NCBI GenBank assembly: GCA_964359735.1
Contig: CAYHTZ010000005.1
Location: forward strand, 3,882-67,881
Direction of reading: 5' to 3'
DNA: 64,000 nt
Source of the DNA: an uncultured Candidatus Saccharibacteria bacterium
Lineage (GTDB): Bacteria; Patescibacteriota; Andersenbacteria; UBA10190
The translations under genes were made by a program, and so were the position numbers. Numbering within the stretch: position 1 is the first letter of the stretch; every line of letters starts with the position of its first letter. Shown here one piece after another: positions 55,802-63,998 of this stretch. The notes beneath the pieces were generated by a model. That model saw only the letters and a list, made by a program, of their open reading frames with translations. It had not been told where the DNA came from and searched no databases.

Positions 55802-57190
55802 ATGAACCCCCTCCAAAAAACTGACCCCGAATTCTACGAAATCCTGCAAAAGGAGGAGGAACGCCAGCAAACAAATCTGTCGATGATTGCTTCGGAAAAT
55901 ATCTTCTCTCCAGCTGTACACGAGGCCGTGGGCTCAGTTTTTAGCCACAAATATTCTGAGGGTAATATGGGGGCTCGCTACTACGAGGGCAACCAGTTCG
56001 TAGACGAAATGGAAGCTTTAGCTGTTCAGCGTGCGCGCAAACTTTTTAGACTCCCCGATGATTGGGATGTAAACGTTCAAGCACTTTCGGGATGCAACGC
56101 GAACTTAGCTGTTTACTTAGCTGTCTTGGAGCCGGGAGACACTTTAATGGCGATGTACTTGCCCGATGGTGGTCATCTTTCTCATGGATGGTCATATGAA
56201 CCGGATGCCGACAAGCGCGAAGCTGGCAAAAATACCCCTGTGTATTTGGGGGGTAGCCGTAAAGTAAACATTACCTCCAAGTTGTTTCGTTCGATTCAGT
56301 ATAAAACGGATCCTGATACAAGAGTGTTTGACTATGACGAGATTGAGAAGATTGCAAAAAAGTATAAACCGAAATTGATCATTACCGGCGGCACCGCCTA
56401 TCCCCGTAACATTGATTATGAGCGTATGCGGCAGATTGCTGACAGCGTCGAGGCACTTTACATGGCAGATATTGCTCATGAAGCCGGCCTAGTGGCTGCT
56501 GGCGTCGTCCCCTCTCCTGTTGGCATTGCAGATATTGTTACTATGACCACCCACAAAACCCTTCGCTCTGGTCGTGGTGCAATCATTCTAGCCCGCCAGG
56601 ATCTCATGAAGAAGATTAATCGAGGAGTATTGCCTGGCTTACAAGGAGGCCCGCACAATCACAATATTGCGGGGATTTGCGTGGGTCTAGGTGAAGCGCT
56701 GCGCCCTGAATTTGCTTTGTATGCCCGACAGATCCTCGCCAATGCCGAATACTTAGCTGATCAGCTCGTCCACTATGATTTCAATTTGGTCTCAGGCGGG
56801 ACAGATAAACACCTCGTTCTCATTGATCTGACTAGTAAGCCTCTCCTAGGCAAGAAATACGCCCGCGCTCTAAATTGGGCAGGAATTGTGGCGAACTACA
56901 GCACTATGCCAGGCGACACGCGTCCTCCCGCTGACCCATCTGCATTACGTGTTGGCACTCCTCTAGCGACTACCCGCGGTATGAAAGAGAAAGAAATGGT
57001 TAAGGTTGCGTCCTGGATGAATGAAGTTATGGAGGTTGCAGCTCAATGGAAAGATCTGGAATTCGCCGAGTTCGAAGAAGCCGTGAAAAATTCCCCTAAT
57101 ATTGCCCGGGTAGCTTCCGAAGTGCGCTCGCTGTGCCAGAAATTCCCTCTCAAAATTGAAGCTAAAGAAAGAGCACGCGCACGCGCCTGA
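55802..57190 (+). CDS. glyA: Serine hydroxymethyltransferase
   Basis: IASEN, KYSEG, GGHLSHG, DIAH, TTHKTLR and LQGGP. Confidence 0.97.
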   Translation: MNPLQKTDPEFYEILQKEEERQQTNLSMIASENIFSPAVHEAVGSVFSHKYSEGNMGARYYEGNQFVDEMEALAVQRARKLFRLPDDWDVNVQALSGCNANLAVYLAVLEPGDTLMAMYLPDGGHLSHGWSYEPDADKREAGKNTPVYLGGSRKVNITSKLFRSIQYKTDPDTRVFDYDEIEKIAKKYKPKLIITGGTAYPRNIDYERMRQIADSVEALYMADIAHEAGLVAAGVVPSPVGIADIVTMTTHKTLRSGRGAIILARQDLMKKINRGVLPGLQGGPHNHNIAGICVGLGEALRPEFALYARQILANAEYLADQLVHYDFNLVSGGTDKHLVLIDLTSKPLLGKKYARALNWAGIVANYSTMPGDTRPPADPSALRVGTPLATTRGMKEKEMVKVASWMNEVMEVAAQWKDLEFAEFEEAVKNSPNIARVASEVRSLCQKFPLKIEAKERARARA

Positions 57191-57223
57191 GCAACGAAGT
57201 TAAGAATCGGCTATAATGGCCGA

Positions 57224-58186
57224 ATGGAGGCTCATTCCTTCGTGTCTGCTCGCCAAGTGGGGTTCGATGTGGAAGAGGCACAAAGCGTCTTGGCTCGGCT
57301 GTCCGCCAGCTGGCGGAGACGTCCGCGCCTCGTCAAACCTATTTTGGATAATGTCTCCTTTACCTTGAACCAAGGTGATTGGGTAGCCCTCTACGGCGGG
57401 GCCGGGGCTGGCAAGACCACGTTGCTGCGCTTGCTCACCGGAGTGATCAAGCCTAGCCGCGGGCATGTCACCGTAAACGGCAAAGCAGCTCACGAACACA
57501 CGGGTTTAGCCGCCGGCTACGTTTCCCCCGAAGAACATGAAGATATCCCAGAAAACGTAGGCAAGATTCTCCGCACCTTTGGAGCCACTCACGGCATCGG
57601 CAATCTACCTTCCCGCATTGGAGCAGTTACCGAAGCTCTCTCGCTGCGGCATCTTATGACCCGCCGGGCCGATACACTTTCGGCCACCGAACGCATCAAG
57701 GTAAATCTCGCCCGGGCTGCACTCTCTGACGCCCCGCTGATTTTGTTAGACGACTGCAACGGTCTGCTAGGGGCGACAGCGCTTTCGGCGATTCTTTTTC
57801 AGCTGTTCCAGCGCCGTACCGTCATTATTGCTACTCGCTCTGCCGCGTTCGCCGAGGACCTAAATTTGCCAGTGTTGTTGCTTCATCAGGGTACACTTGC
57901 CTGCTCCGGCACCTGTAACGAAATCGCCGACCGCCTCTCCGCTCCCCGTGTCATGGATGTTTGGGTGGAAGGCATGCGGTACGACATGTTCCGCACCATC
58001 AAGAAGCACCCCGGTGTGGCCCAAGTGCTGCTATTACCCGATGGCCGCTTCCACGGGCAGCGTCTCAGGGTTACCCTAAAATCCTCTCATCACTTGCCAG
58101 CTCTCTACGACTTGGTGAGCCGCGTACCCCTCATCCGGATAGAAGAGCTGCCTGTGAATCTCGAAGATATTCTCTCGCGGCTTTGA
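57224..58186 (+). CDS. ABC ATP-binding-like protein with degenerate catalytic motifs
   Basis: Walker A GGAGAGKTT is intact. The signature reads LSATE, Walker B reads LLDDC, and the H-loop His is absent (IATRS). Confidence 0.75.
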   Translation: MEAHSFVSARQVGFDVEEAQSVLARLSASWRRRPRLVKPILDNVSFTLNQGDWVALYGGAGAGKTTLLRLLTGVIKPSRGHVTVNGKAAHEHTGLAAGYVSPEEHEDIPENVGKILRTFGATHGIGNLPSRIGAVTEALSLRHLMTRRADTLSATERIKVNLARAALSDAPLILLDDCNGLLGATALSAILFQLFQRRTVIIATRSAAFAEDLNLPVLLLHQGTLACSGTCNEIADRLSAPRVMDVWVEGMRYDMFRTIKKHPGVAQVLLLPDGRFHGQRLRVTLKSSHHLPALYDLVSRVPLIRIEELPVNLEDILSRL

Positions 58187-58261
58187 AAACCCCTCCTATC
58201 CTCCCCTTATCAAGGGAGGGACTCTTGCTTTCCCCCTGATAAGGGGGAACAAGGGGGTTTC
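58186..58261. repeat. Family A repeat, copy A3 (between convergent genes)
   Basis: AAAACCCCTCCTAT-CCTCCCCTTATCAAGGGAGG-GACTCTTGC-TTTCCCCCTGATAAGGGGGAA-CAAGGGGGTTTC. Confidence 0.9.
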
Positions 58262-59187
58262 TATCTTTTCCGTAGGTATCGGCGGATCGCAATAACACTG
58301 GAGAAGGTTGCGAGCCCTACCGCTGCCGCAATTTGTAAGCCCACAATGGTTGGCCAGGATTGAACGGCATATTCAAAGACATCAAATTGCACCGTATCGC
58401 TAAAGAAGAAATCTTGCAGCCGGGGGCCAATGGCGTTGAGTACCGGGTACATAATCGCGGACGATGCAGCCACAGCCAAGAGAGCCACGAACATAGCCTC
58501 GATTACAAATGGTCCGCGGATAAACCAATTCGAAGCCCCCACGAGGCGCATGATATCGATTTCCTCGCGAAAGCTGTATATTGCCAGCCTGACGGTGTTG
58601 AACATAATGAGCACCACGAGCGCGGCAAATGTCACGGTTACCACCAGCGCCCCATTGCGCACCGTGTTCATGACTTCGATCAGCCGGGCAATAACTGGCC
58701 GTAAATCTTGGAAGTTCACGCTCTCAATAAAAGGTTCATATTTTTCTGACTCCAGCTGGGTGGCGATATTCTGGTAGAAGCGAGGGTCAGAGGATACGAC
58801 GAACATGCTAGCCGGCAACGGGTTCGCTTCGAGTTCCCGCAAGGAATCCTCAATAAATGGCTCATCGGTATGGCGCTGCTTAAAGCTTTCTAAGGCCTCC
58901 TCGCTACTTACTACGCGCACTTCTTCCACGTCTTCCCGCGACTCTATTTCCTGCGCGATGGCCTTGATTTGCGCCTCAGTCACGGTGTCCTTAAAGGTGG
59001 CAGAGAGGTCCACCTTTTGCTCAATCGTGCGCAGCACTTGCGACCCGAATACGTTAGCAAAGTAGAGAAGGAGCATCATCAGGAGCGTGATTGTCATAAC
59101 GACCAGCGTGGCCAGCGACAGCCATACATTCCGCCAGAAATTCTGAAACGCCGATTTAAAAACTCTGAGGAAAGAAACTCCGATCAT
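58261..59187 (-). CDS. ftsX: Cell division permease FtsX
   Basis: NFWRN.WLS, NPLP, NTVRLAIYSFREEI.IMRLVGAS and IRGPF.IE. Confidence 0.95.
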   Translation of the reverse strand: MIGVSFLRVFKSAFQNFWRNVWLSLATLVVMTITLLMMLLLYFANVFGSQVLRTIEQKVDLSATFKDTVTEAQIKAIAQEIESREDVEEVRVVSSEEALESFKQRHTDEPFIEDSLRELEANPLPASMFVVSSDPRFYQNIATQLESEKYEPFIESVNFQDLRPVIARLIEVMNTVRNGALVVTVTFAALVVLIMFNTVRLAIYSFREEIDIMRLVGASNWFIRGPFVIEAMFVALLAVAASSAIMYPVLNAIGPRLQDFFFSDTVQFDVFEYAVQSWPTIVGLQIAAAVGLATFSSVIAIRRYLRKR

Positions 59188-59864
59188 ATTTTGTACGTGC
59201 CGCCTTGCTGATCGGAAACAAGTTTGCCACCTGCCAAAGTTATAACTCGTTTCTTGATGGCGTTGACAATATCATCGTTGTGAGTAGCTAGGAGCACCGT
59301 TGTCCCCAGTTTGTTGATCTTAAGCAGCAACTGCACGATATCCCAGGAATGGAGCGCATCTAGATTGCCCGTGGGCTCATCCGCCAGTAATATTTGCGGC
59401 TTGTAGGCCAAGGCCCGGGCAATAGACACACGCTGTTTCTCTCCGCCCGACATCTCATTTGGGTATTTATCTGCTTTGTCCAACAAATTCACTAGCTTTA
59501 GAATATGTGGCACGGTTTTGCGGATTTCGCGCGTGGCTGCTCCCCCTACCTCCATGGCGAAGGCCACGTTCTCGAAAGCAGTCCGCTTGGGTAAGAGTTT
59601 AAAATCTTGAAATACCGTTCCAATCTGCCGCCGGAGGTACGGTACTTGCCACCGTTTAATCCGAGTGATGTCCCATCCATCAATGATAAGCTTGCCCTCA
59701 GATGGCTGTTCCTCGGCGGAGAGCAGCTTCAGCATGGTAGACTTCCCCGCCCCGCTTTGCCCCACGATTGAAACGAAATCCCCGGTAGGGATCGTGAGGG
59801 TCACGCTATGGAGAGCTTCCACTCCCATCGCAAATGCCTTCGAAACTGCTTGAAACGTTATCAT
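59184..59864 (-). CDS. ftsE: Cell division ATP-binding protein FtsE
   Basis: GQSGAGKST, PYLRRQIG.VFQDF.LL, SGGEKQR and ADEPTGNLD. Confidence 0.96.
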   Translation of the reverse strand: MITFQAVSKAFAMGVEALHSVTLTIPTGDFVSIVGQSGAGKSTMLKLLSAEEQPSEGKLIIDGWDITRIKRWQVPYLRRQIGTVFQDFKLLPKRTAFENVAFAMEVGGAATREIRKTVPHILKLVNLLDKADKYPNEMSGGEKQRVSIARALAYKPQILLADEPTGNLDALHSWDIVQLLLKINKLGTTVLLATHNDDIVNAIKKRVITLAGGKLVSDQQGGTYKI

Positions 59865-59873
59865 TCCCCGCAA

Positions 59874-60957
59874 TTATAGCACATCAATAAATGCGTCTAA
59901 TTTGCCATTTAGCACACCTTCGGCGTCTTTGTCCTCTTTCTTGGTCCGATGGTCCTTTACGAGCTTATACGGGTGAAGTACGTAGGAACGAATCTGGTTG
60001 CCCCAGGCCGCTTCTTTAACTTCACCCTTTAAATCTTTGATAGTTTTTGCCTGCTGCTCCTCAGCCAGTTTCTGCAGCTTGGCGGCTAATACAGAGAGCG
60101 CCATCGCCTTGTTCTGCCCTTGGGAGCGTTCTTGGTCAACCTTCACCGTAATACCTGTGGGGATGTGCTTAACCCGCACCGCCGAACTCGTTTTATTGAC
60201 GTGTTGCCCGCCGGCGCCGCCGCTCCGAAAAGCATCGATCTCTAAATCATCTGGGTCAATCACGGGAGCTTCGCGGGCGGGTAACTTCGGCAGCACCTCC
60301 ACCCGAGCAAATGATGTTTGGCGCAAGTGATCCGCATTGAAAGGAGATTGCCTCACCAGCCGGTGCACCCCGTGCTCTTCTTGCAGCGAACCATACACGT
60401 ATGACCCGCGCACCTCGAACGTTGTATGTTTTATTCCTGCCTCCTCCCCCGGTTGCCGTTCCAGCGCATGAGTCTGCCAACCTTGGGAGGTTGCAAAGCG
60501 CAAATACATCCGCTCAAGCATCTCGGCCCAATCTTGTGCATCTGTACCCCCTGCCCCCGCGGCAATTGTGACAATCGCATCATTTTTGTCGTGCGGGCCG
60601 GCAAATCGCAGTACCTTCTCTTTGTCGGCGACCGCTGCGGCTACCTGGGCAATTTCTTTTTCAATATCGCTTGCCACAGTAGCTTCGGCCTCTTGTTGAG
60701 CCATGGAGATGAATTCCCCCGCCTCCGTGAGCCGCCGCCGCGCGTTCTCAAAGAATGCTAATCCCTCTGTAATTTCCGCGAGTTCCCGGGTGACTGCCTG
60801 GGCGCTCTCGTTATCGCGCCAGAAATCTGGCTGCTGGGCCGCCGCTGCAAGTTCTCTGTGTTTGTCTCGCAGCTTTTCTACCTCAAAGACGGTCGGCCAG
60901 GGTTGCCAGCCGCCGTTCAAGGTCTGAAATTCGATTGCGAATCTCCTTCGTTTCCAT
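59874..60957 (-). CDS. prfB: Peptide chain release factor 2 with a programmed +1 frameshift at CTT TGA (60888-60883)
   Basis: A 24-codon first frame (METKEIRNRISDLERRLATLADRL-stop) continues in the +1 frame as EVEKLR... SPF and GGQ motifs are present. Confidence 0.95.
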
Positions 60958-60979
60958 ACGTGTTAAGTATACAGGATTC

Positions 60980-61054
60980 TGGAGCCAACCGAGGGGATCG
61001 AACCCTCAACCTGCACGTTACGAATGTGCTGCTCTACCATTGAGCTAGGTTGGC
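60980..61054 (-). tRNA. tRNA-Thr(CGT), CCA encoded
   Basis: GCCAACC acceptor stem, TTCGTAA loop, GGTTCGATCCC and terminal TCCA. Confidence 0.95.
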
Positions 61055-61090
61055 AGTAGTTTGCTCTATAACACAAAAGGAATATTTGTG

Positions 61091-62182
61091 CTATTGGGGA
61101 CGCAGACCAAGTAATCGGAAAAGCTGTTTGACATAATCCAGCTTGCGATCCCCCCTCGCCAAATCATATGCATTCCTCCCTATCTTGCCTGTCAAAGGAT
61201 TAAACCCCTTTCCTTTTCTCCAAGAGATACTTTTCGCGCTCAATTCGATTGTGATGGCACCCATATTGCCCGCGACCGCACCCCCGCAGGCGCTGCGAAC
61301 CTGATCAGTCCACTGATCCATACGACCCTGACTTGACAGTACAGTGATTTTTAATCCCTCTTTGGATTCTTTCTCATATCTCACGGCGACAGCAAGATTA
61401 GGCAGCCCTTGCGGCCCACCTCCCACACAACATAGCAGCTTCACGCCTAATGCGGTGTCGAGACGTGGGTCCGGGAGAAACGCACGAACGTCATGGTCAT
61501 GGAATATCAAGCGCAATACTTCGAGAGCTGCCACCGGGGCCGTCAGCTGGGCACACTGGTCCCGAAAATCCGTCGTGAGATGTCCTTCCTCAAGTTCTGG
61601 CGCGTAGAAAGGGGGGAGTGGCTCCCTAGCCAACCCTCCCACTACGGTCGCGTGATGATTCGCTGGCCGGTACCTTTTCATCCTCAGAAGCCCGTACAGC
61701 AGGACCACTGATTGCACCGCATCTGGTCGCGCCTCATCTTTCTTAGTGAAAGTCAGGACTACTCGCTGCCCTAAGAGTTTAGCTGCGGCATCGTAATACT
61801 CTTGCTTTTGCTTTTTGTCCGGCTCCACCCATAACCCTAAAGTTGCTCGTGCGTCTTCGATGTACTCAAGTGTTCGCGCGACAACGACACACCACACCAT
61901 TTGTTGCACCCATACCAGCGGGTCACTTGACTGTGCTGCCTCTTCGTAGGGGAGAAGCCGACTTTCAGCGGCTGACGCAAGTTTTTGGAACTGAGCGATT
62001 TGATGATGCGGGTTTGAGGGGAGATGACGCACATGTTCTTCCTCTAGTGCGTCTAACTCGTAAAAGATCTGCCAATATACTTTCTGCTTGAGATCTTCTA
62101 GAGAAAGTTCCTGCCGAGGGGTATCGGGAATGGCTACATATGGCACTGGGCCTCTATGCCACGCGCTTTCGTGACTCTGCAT
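61091..62182 (-). CDS. Hypothetical protein (363 aa)
   Basis: Long ORF overlapping the upstream gene end; no motif recognised. Confidence 0.55.
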   Translation of the reverse strand: MQSHESAWHRGPVPYVAIPDTPRQELSLEDLKQKVYWQIFYELDALEEEHVRHLPSNPHHQIAQFQKLASAAESRLLPYEEAAQSSDPLVWVQQMVWCVVVARTLEYIEDARATLGLWVEPDKKQKQEYYDAAAKLLGQRVVLTFTKKDEARPDAVQSVVLLYGLLRMKRYRPANHHATVVGGLAREPLPPFYAPELEEGHLTTDFRDQCAQLTAPVAALEVLRLIFHDHDVRAFLPDPRLDTALGVKLLCCVGGGPQGLPNLAVAVRYEKESKEGLKITVLSSQGRMDQWTDQVRSACGGAVAGNMGAITIELSAKSISWRKGKGFNPLTGKIGRNAYDLARGDRKLDYVKQLFRLLGLRPQ

Positions 62183-62495
62183 ATAGAAGTCTACGCTTGC
62201 GTTCCCTCCCGCGATTATACCCTCCTAGTTTCCCATCGCTCCGTATTACGCGGTGACAAGGAATGTCTGTGTTGTAGTTGCGGTTCATGATGTTTCCCAC
62301 CGCCCGTGCCGCCCCCGGCCGCCCCGCTGCCTCTGCTACTTCTCCATACGTCATGGTTTTTCCGGCGGGAATCTTCTTTACAACCTCAAGAACACGCATA
62401 CTGAAACCCCCTCGTTCCCCCTTATCAGGGGGAAGCAAGAGTTCCTTCCTTGATAAGGGGAGGATAGGAGGGGTTTTCTTATTCCGGTAATTCAT
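62154..62495 (-). CDS. Single-domain O6-alkylguanine-DNA alkyltransferase (MGMT); start 62495 (repeat-encoded N-terminus) or 62399
   Basis: IPAGKTMTYGEVA, ARAVG and IPCHRV active site. Confidence 0.9.
   Translation of the reverse strand: MNYRNKKTPPILPLSRKELLLPPDKGERGGFSMRVLEVVKKIPAGKTMTYGEVAEAAGRPGAARAVGNIMNRNYNTDIPCHRVIRSDGKLGGYNRGRERKRRLLYAESRKRVA
62403..62477. repeat. Family A repeat, copy A4 (inverted near-identical copy of A3)
   Basis: Its reverse complement differs from A3 by 3 substitutions and 1 indel by my alignment. Confidence 0.9.
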
Positions 62496-63708
62496 CCAGG
62501 GTTACACTCACTTCCCGCTCCTGCCCATCATGCAAAATTTTTAGACGTACGCCTTGCCCCACCTGCTTGCGCCGAATTTGCGAGGCCAAGGAGTGCGCCT
62601 CGTCAAGCTTTACGCCGTCGATTTCCAAAATGATGTCGTTCTCCGTGAGTCCCGCCTTATCTGCCGGCGAGCCTGGTGTCACCGCCAGTTCCTGCCCCCC
62701 TTCTCCCCGCACGATCAAGGCGCCGTGGTCCACCGGGAGGTTTTCTTGTTCCTTCAGAGCTGGCGTGATTTGAATATGCCGGACTCCCAGGAAAGCGCGG
62801 GAAATTTTCTTCCCCGATTTCGCTGCTTCAATCACTGCCTGGGCTTCATTAATCGGGATGGCGAATCCAATGTTTTCTGACCCAAAGGCTACCGCTACAT
62901 TTACGGCCATTGCCTGCCCCCGTAGGTTTAAGAGAGGCCCGCCGGAGTTCCCGGGGTTAATGGCTGCGTCGGTTTGCACCACCTGCTCCAAGAGTTCCGC
63001 CTGCCCCAACTCATCCCCAGCCACGATCGAACGGGAAAGCCCTGATATCACCCCCACCGACACCGTGTTGTGCAGCTCCGCCAAGGCGTTGCCAATGGCA
63101 ATTACTGTTTGCCCTGTAATGAGTTCGTCGGAGTTGCCTATTCCTAAAAATGGGAAATTGGTGCCTTCAATTTTCACCACCGCCAAATCCAAGGATGGGT
63201 CGCGCGTCACCAGTTTAGCCTCATGCCGCTTCCCATCATTCGTAAAAACCGTGTATTGGACGTTTTCTCGATCTACAACGTGGCGGTTGGTGAGAATAAG
63301 ACCGTCAGGGGAAACCAAGAACCCTGACCCACCGCCAATTTCTTGTCGCTGTGTTCCCCGTTGCTGCAGTTGTGGTACTTGAATTTCAAATGGCAATCTT
63401 TCACCAAAGAACTCTTCAAACGGGCTGCCGAACGACCGCTCCAGCACCGGCACGTCAGCGGTAAGCACAATTGAAACAACTGCCGGGGAGGCTGTCTTGA
63501 CTGCTGCCGTTACTGCCTGCTCATGGCTTGATATCCCGGGGAGCACCGGTGCATCTTTCTGCTCGCTAATAGGCAGCTGAGCAGGCGCCGGTGCGGGGTC
63601 CTGCGTCAGGGGCTGTGTGATCCCTAGCTCGGAGCCGAAACTCAAAATCAACCATCCCCCAATTGCTCCTGCCAGCAAACTTATTAGGAAATTACGTGCC
63701 GTGTTCAT
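62479..63708 (-). CDS. HtrA/DegP-family serine protease (single PDZ)
   Basis: GSGF, TNRHV, DLAV, QTDAAINPGNSGGPL and C-terminal PDZ. Confidence 0.95.
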   Translation of the reverse strand: MNTARNFLISLLAGAIGGWLILSFGSELGITQPLTQDPAPAPAQLPISEQKDAPVLPGISSHEQAVTAAVKTASPAVVSIVLTADVPVLERSFGSPFEEFFGERLPFEIQVPQLQQRGTQRQEIGGGSGFLVSPDGLILTNRHVVDRENVQYTVFTNDGKRHEAKLVTRDPSLDLAVVKIEGTNFPFLGIGNSDELITGQTVIAIGNALAELHNTVSVGVISGLSRSIVAGDELGQAELLEQVVQTDAAINPGNSGGPLLNLRGQAMAVNVAVAFGSENIGFAIPINEAQAVIEAAKSGKKISRAFLGVRHIQITPALKEQENLPVDHGALIVRGEGGQELAVTPGSPADKAGLTENDIILEIDGVKLDEAHSLASQIRRKQVGQGVRLKILHDGQEREVSVTLDELPE

Positions 63709-63749
63709 CTCAAGGAAGTTATACCTAAATACCTTCCTCTCTACAAGAT

Positions 63750-63998
63750 TTACCTCTGCTTGTTCCGGTTCACCCACCACGTGTCATTCTTATTAGCAAA
63801 CCACCAGTGGTCGGAGTCGGTCTTCACAATTTCCTGGGCTAACTTTTTCGCTGACGCTGTCGAAAGTCTCTTTACTGCCAATGGAATCCAGGTTTTAGCC
63901 CGCTCGTTACCGATATCAAGCTGTTCTTTGAGAGATAAAATGAGCTCCAGCTGGTCGGCATCCTTCGCTACCTGTGCTTCACGTGTGGCTCTACTGTT
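63750..63998 (-). CDS. C-terminal part of an HD-domain hydrolase; 5' part lies outside the window
   Basis: Manual translation: ..TREAQVAKDADQLELILSLKEQ.D.GN..A..W.. Confidence 0.7.
   Translation of the reverse strand, partial: NSRATREAQVAKDADQLELILSLKEQLDIGNERAKTWIPLAVKRLSTASAKKLAQEIVKTDSDHWWFANKNDTWWVNRNKQR

Noticed and set aside
59874-60957. prfB as a pseudogene, or UGA reassigned (code 25)
   Set aside because: The break is at the canonical CTT TGA frameshift position, and many genes end in TGA.
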